Part shown: positions 44,341 to 47,105 of the stretch, piece by piece
How positions within the stretch are numbered: position 1 is the first letter of the stretch
Layout of the letters: the number at the start of each line of letters is the position of its first letter
From: Candidatus Pacearchaeota archaeon
Lineage (GTDB): Archaea; Nanobdellota; Nanobdellia; Pacearchaeales; GW2011-AR1
DNA length: 47,105 bases
Assembly (NCBI GenBank): GCA_016867035.1
Contig: VGKO01000002.1
Coordinates: 1-47,105 of the forward strand
Reading direction: 5' to 3'
The notes under the pieces: generated by a model
Database searches by the model: none
What the model was told of the DNA's origin: nothing
What the model saw: the letters and a program-made list of their open reading frames with translations, nothing else
Made by a program: the position numbers and the translations under genes

Positions 44341-45783
44341 AGGAGGTGATCCATCTGCAGGTTCCCCTACAGATACCTTGTGTCAACTTAACTTACCTTG
44401 TCATACGAAGGTTCACTCTCGAAAGATTTCACCAAAGCATAACTCGGTTAGTTTGATGGGCGGTGAGTGCAAGGAGCAGGGACCTATTCACCGTTCACTG
44501 ATAATGAACGATTACTACGGATTCCAGCGTCATGAAGTTGAGTTACAAACTTCAATCTGAACTAGGCCAAACATTATGGGATTTGCTTCTCCTTTCGGAG
44601 TTGCGTCCCACTGCATTTGGCATTGCCGCGCGCGTGTAGCCCAGGGTATTCAGGCTGTACCCACCTAACGTAGCCCGCACCTTCCTCCCAGTTACCCGGG
44701 CAGTCTGTATATTGAACTTCGAAGAAGTAAATATACATGCGGGTCTCGCCTGTTACCTGATTTAACAGGTCATCTCACGACACAGGCTGACGTCGGCCAT
44801 GCAACTCCTCTTAGCGTGTCAGGTAAGCCCTTCAGACTGACCTTCATTCTGCTATCGATCCTGGTAAGATTCACGGTGTAGAGTCTAATTAAACCGCACG
44901 CGTCACCCGTTGTGGTACCCCCCCGCCTATTCCTTTAAGTTTCGGTCTTGCGACTATACTTCCCAGGTAGCTCACTCTTCGCCTTCGCTGCAGCACTAGA
45001 ACCTCTCGAGGAGGTCCTAATGTTTAGTGAGCAGTGTTTACTGCTAGGACTACAGGGGTATCTAATCCCTTTCGCGACCCTAGCCTTCATTCCTCACTGT
45101 CAGATCCGTACTTGCAAAGTGCCTTCGCTGTTGTTAGTCCAAACGAGATTAACGTATTTTACTACTACCTTGTTCGTACTCTTTGCATCTTCCGGTCCCA
45201 AGTCAAGCAGTATTCTTTGCACGCCTGACACTTAAGATGTCAGATTTCACAAAGAACTTACAAAACAAGCTACGAATGTTTTAGACCCAATAATTGTGGC
45301 TGCGACTCGGAGCGTCGGGATTACCGCGGCGGCTGGCACCGATCTTGCCCACTCCTTATTCGTCTATCTTTTTACAATAAACAAAAGATTTTGAAATTAT
45401 ATCAAAATCACTCCGGCTCGCTTTCTCACGCTTGCGCGCATTGGAAAAAATCCCTAACTGCTGCACCCCGTAGGGCTAGGAATAGTGTCTCAGATTCCTT
45501 CTCAGGGCTCTCTCGCTAAAGACCCTTATGGATCATCGGCTTGGTGGGCATTTACCCCGCCAACTACCTAATCCACCGCAGCCTCTTCCTTAGACCAAAG
45601 TTTGAGAGAAATATCATTCCAGAACAAATCTCCTATTCGATTTTATCCTCAGTTTCCCGAGGTTATTCCGAATCTAAGGGTAGATTGGCAACGTGTTACT
45701 GAGCAGTCCGCTTTCTCGCGAAAAACTTGCATGTCTTAGTGCAGGCCGGATAGCCGCAGCCGCCAGCAGGATAAACTGGATTT
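44341..45783 (-). rRNA. rrs: 16S ribosomal RNA (archaeal)
   Basis: The RC begins AATCCAGTTTATCCTGCTGGCGG and contains GTGCCAGCCGCCGCGGTAATCCC (RC of 45317-45339). The + strand reads GGACTACAGGGGTATCTAATCC at 45047-45068. The RNA ends ...GGATCACCTCCT (RC of 44341-44352). About 1.44 kb. Confidence 0.9.
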
Positions 45784-45935
45784 AATAAATTAATATTATT
45801 AATTATTTTGTATTAGCCTCCTAACGACTGATTAATTATTTGTTAATTGCCTAATTATTGTTATTCATTATAAAGTACAATTGCTATAATCATCGAATAT
45901 ATTTTAAAGAAATTATTGGTGAGTATACACAACTA

Positions 45936-45951
45936 TGACTACTCATACATC
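45936..45951 (-). promoter_or_regulatory. Candidate 5' strand of the pre-16S processing stem
   Basis: tgactactcatacatc pairs with 44254-44269. Lies ~155 nt upstream of the 16S 5' end. A palindromic tttataaa box at 46038-46045 is a possible operon promoter. Confidence 0.5.
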
Positions 45952-46183
45952 CTACCTTAAGCTTCAACTAAAGAGTTAAAGTTTACTAAGGCAATCATTA
46001 AAGTTAACATTTTAACAAATATGTAGTGAAAAAGGGGTTTATAAAGGTTTCGCAAAATTATCTTATTTTACCGATATATTTTTCAAAAAGTTTTGAGTTA
46101 ACTTTAATGATTTAAAAGAAGAAAATTATTTTAAAATTAAATTTTATAAGAATATTTTTTAATTTATACAAAATTTAAAAAAT

Positions 46184-47062
46184 TTAAACCCCGTATCTTG
46201 CTCGAGTAGTCTTTGTATCTCGGGGTTTTCTAAAATCTGTTTCTTGTTTTTTAGCTTCAGCGTCAGCATCTTCATTTGCTTGTTCAATTTTTCCAGCAAA
46301 ATCTTCAAGCTTTAATTCTTTTGCTTCTTTTTCCTTGCCCAAAGATTTCAAATATTCTCGAGCGAGAATATAAAGTATAAGCCCTACGGATTTTCTAGAT
46401 TTATTATTAGAAGGAACAACTTTTGTTATTAATCGAGCATAATTATTTGTATCGCATATTGCAAGTGTAGGAATTTTTAATCTCAATGCATCATTTAAAG
46501 CATTTTTGTCGACCCAAGGATCACAAATTATTACAAGTTTAGCTTCAAAGAAATTATCAAGAATCAAGTTAGTAATTATTCCAGCAGGATATTTTTTCAT
46601 AAACGCCCTAATACCTGTTACTTCTGAGAATTTTTCAACAGCAGGCCAAGATGCTTCTCTTTTAGATACAATAAAAACATCTTCAGGAGCATATTGATTA
46701 AAGAAAGCAGAAGCGTCTCGGATTTTATCGTCGATTAAATTAGTATTAATAACTGCAAGTCCATCCGCACGTCGTTTGTAAACATATTTTCTCATATCAG
46801 GAGTAATTACTTTTGTTCCTAAATGAACAGAGCAAGCAATATAATCTGTTAATGGAACCAAAGTTTCTTTTGTATCAGTCATAACTCTTTTGAGTTCCTT
46901 CTCAGAAAGCTTCTTAACTTCTCTTTTCTTTTTTGGTTTTTCCTCTTCTTGATTTTCAACAGGAGCCTGAGTATCTTGATTAGCTTGAGAAACAGCTTCG
47001 CTAGTTTCTTGTTTTGTTTCTTCTTGAACAACTTGCTCTTCAGTTTTTTTCTTTCTTGGCAT
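46184..47062 (-). CDS. rps2: 30S ribosomal protein S2 (uS2) with low-complexity terminal extensions
   Basis: LVPLTDYIACSVHLGTKVITPDMRKYVYKRRADGLAVINT...YPAGIITN is the uS2 core. The first 60 aa are E/K/Q-rich. The alternative start M61 (ATG at 46882) would give a canonical N-terminus. Confidence 0.85.
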   Translation of the reverse strand: MPRKKKTEEQVVQEETKQETSEAVSQANQDTQAPVENQEEEKPKKKREVKKLSEKELKRVMTDTKETLVPLTDYIACSVHLGTKVITPDMRKYVYKRRADGLAVINTNLIDDKIRDASAFFNQYAPEDVFIVSKREASWPAVEKFSEVTGIRAFMKKYPAGIITNLILDNFFEAKLVIICDPWVDKNALNDALRLKIPTLAICDTNNYARLITKVVPSNNKSRKSVGLILYILAREYLKSLGKEKEAKELKLEDFAGKIEQANEDADAEAKKQETDFRKPRDTKTTRARYGV

Positions 47063-47105
47063 GTTTTATAATTAGTGCACGGGTGTTTCCGAGTTTGTTT
47101 CAAAA

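Noticed and set aside
40828-45235. Listed ORFs within the rRNA genes (40828..41052, 42221..42409, 42241..42582, 43589..43828, 44378..44560, 44948..45235, 45034..45228)
   Set aside because: They overlap 23S or 16S rRNA or the processing-stem region. No LAGLIDADG or other homing-endonuclease motifs, and no intron-sized insertion in the rRNAs.

Overview
AT-rich archaeal chromosome segment. Archaeal markers are a thermosome, ribosomal proteins L10e, L35Ae and uS2, a 16S-tRNA(Ala)-23S operon without 5S, an RNase P RNA, and leaderless genes with a TATA box 21-22 nt upstream of the ATG. Gene content (form III or II/III-like RuBisCO, PEP synthase, many lineage-specific orphans, K/E-rich protein tails) suggests a small-genome DPANN-like archaeon; that placement is inference only. 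I call about 55 CDS, 5 tRNAs (Val, Gly, His, Phe, Ala), 16S and 23S rRNA with candidate processing stems, and RNase P RNA. The main discovery is a 4.7-kb IS1-family-like transposon (16005-20716). It has 22-bp terminal inverted repeats and a 9-bp target-site duplication. It carries an AbrB-like regulator with a four-copy operator array, a transposase, and three passenger genes (pilin-like, large secreted, Rossmann-like). Other notable observations: exact 10-14 nt echoes of the tRNA 3' end 51-60 nt downstream of three tRNA genes; a tRNA-Val 5' fragment with a 57-nt D-loop insertion; an atypical tRNA-His immediately upstream of hisS; a gene split by a C9 tract; a translationally coupled five-gene operon (methyltransferase, CxxC-less TrxR-like flavoenzyme, SPOUT, flavoprotein-aldolase fusion, LOG-like); a bacterial-type ddh-lysA pair; and a 78-codon ORF inside the rRNA spacer. 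All protein calls rest on motif recognition by eye. No database search was possible.
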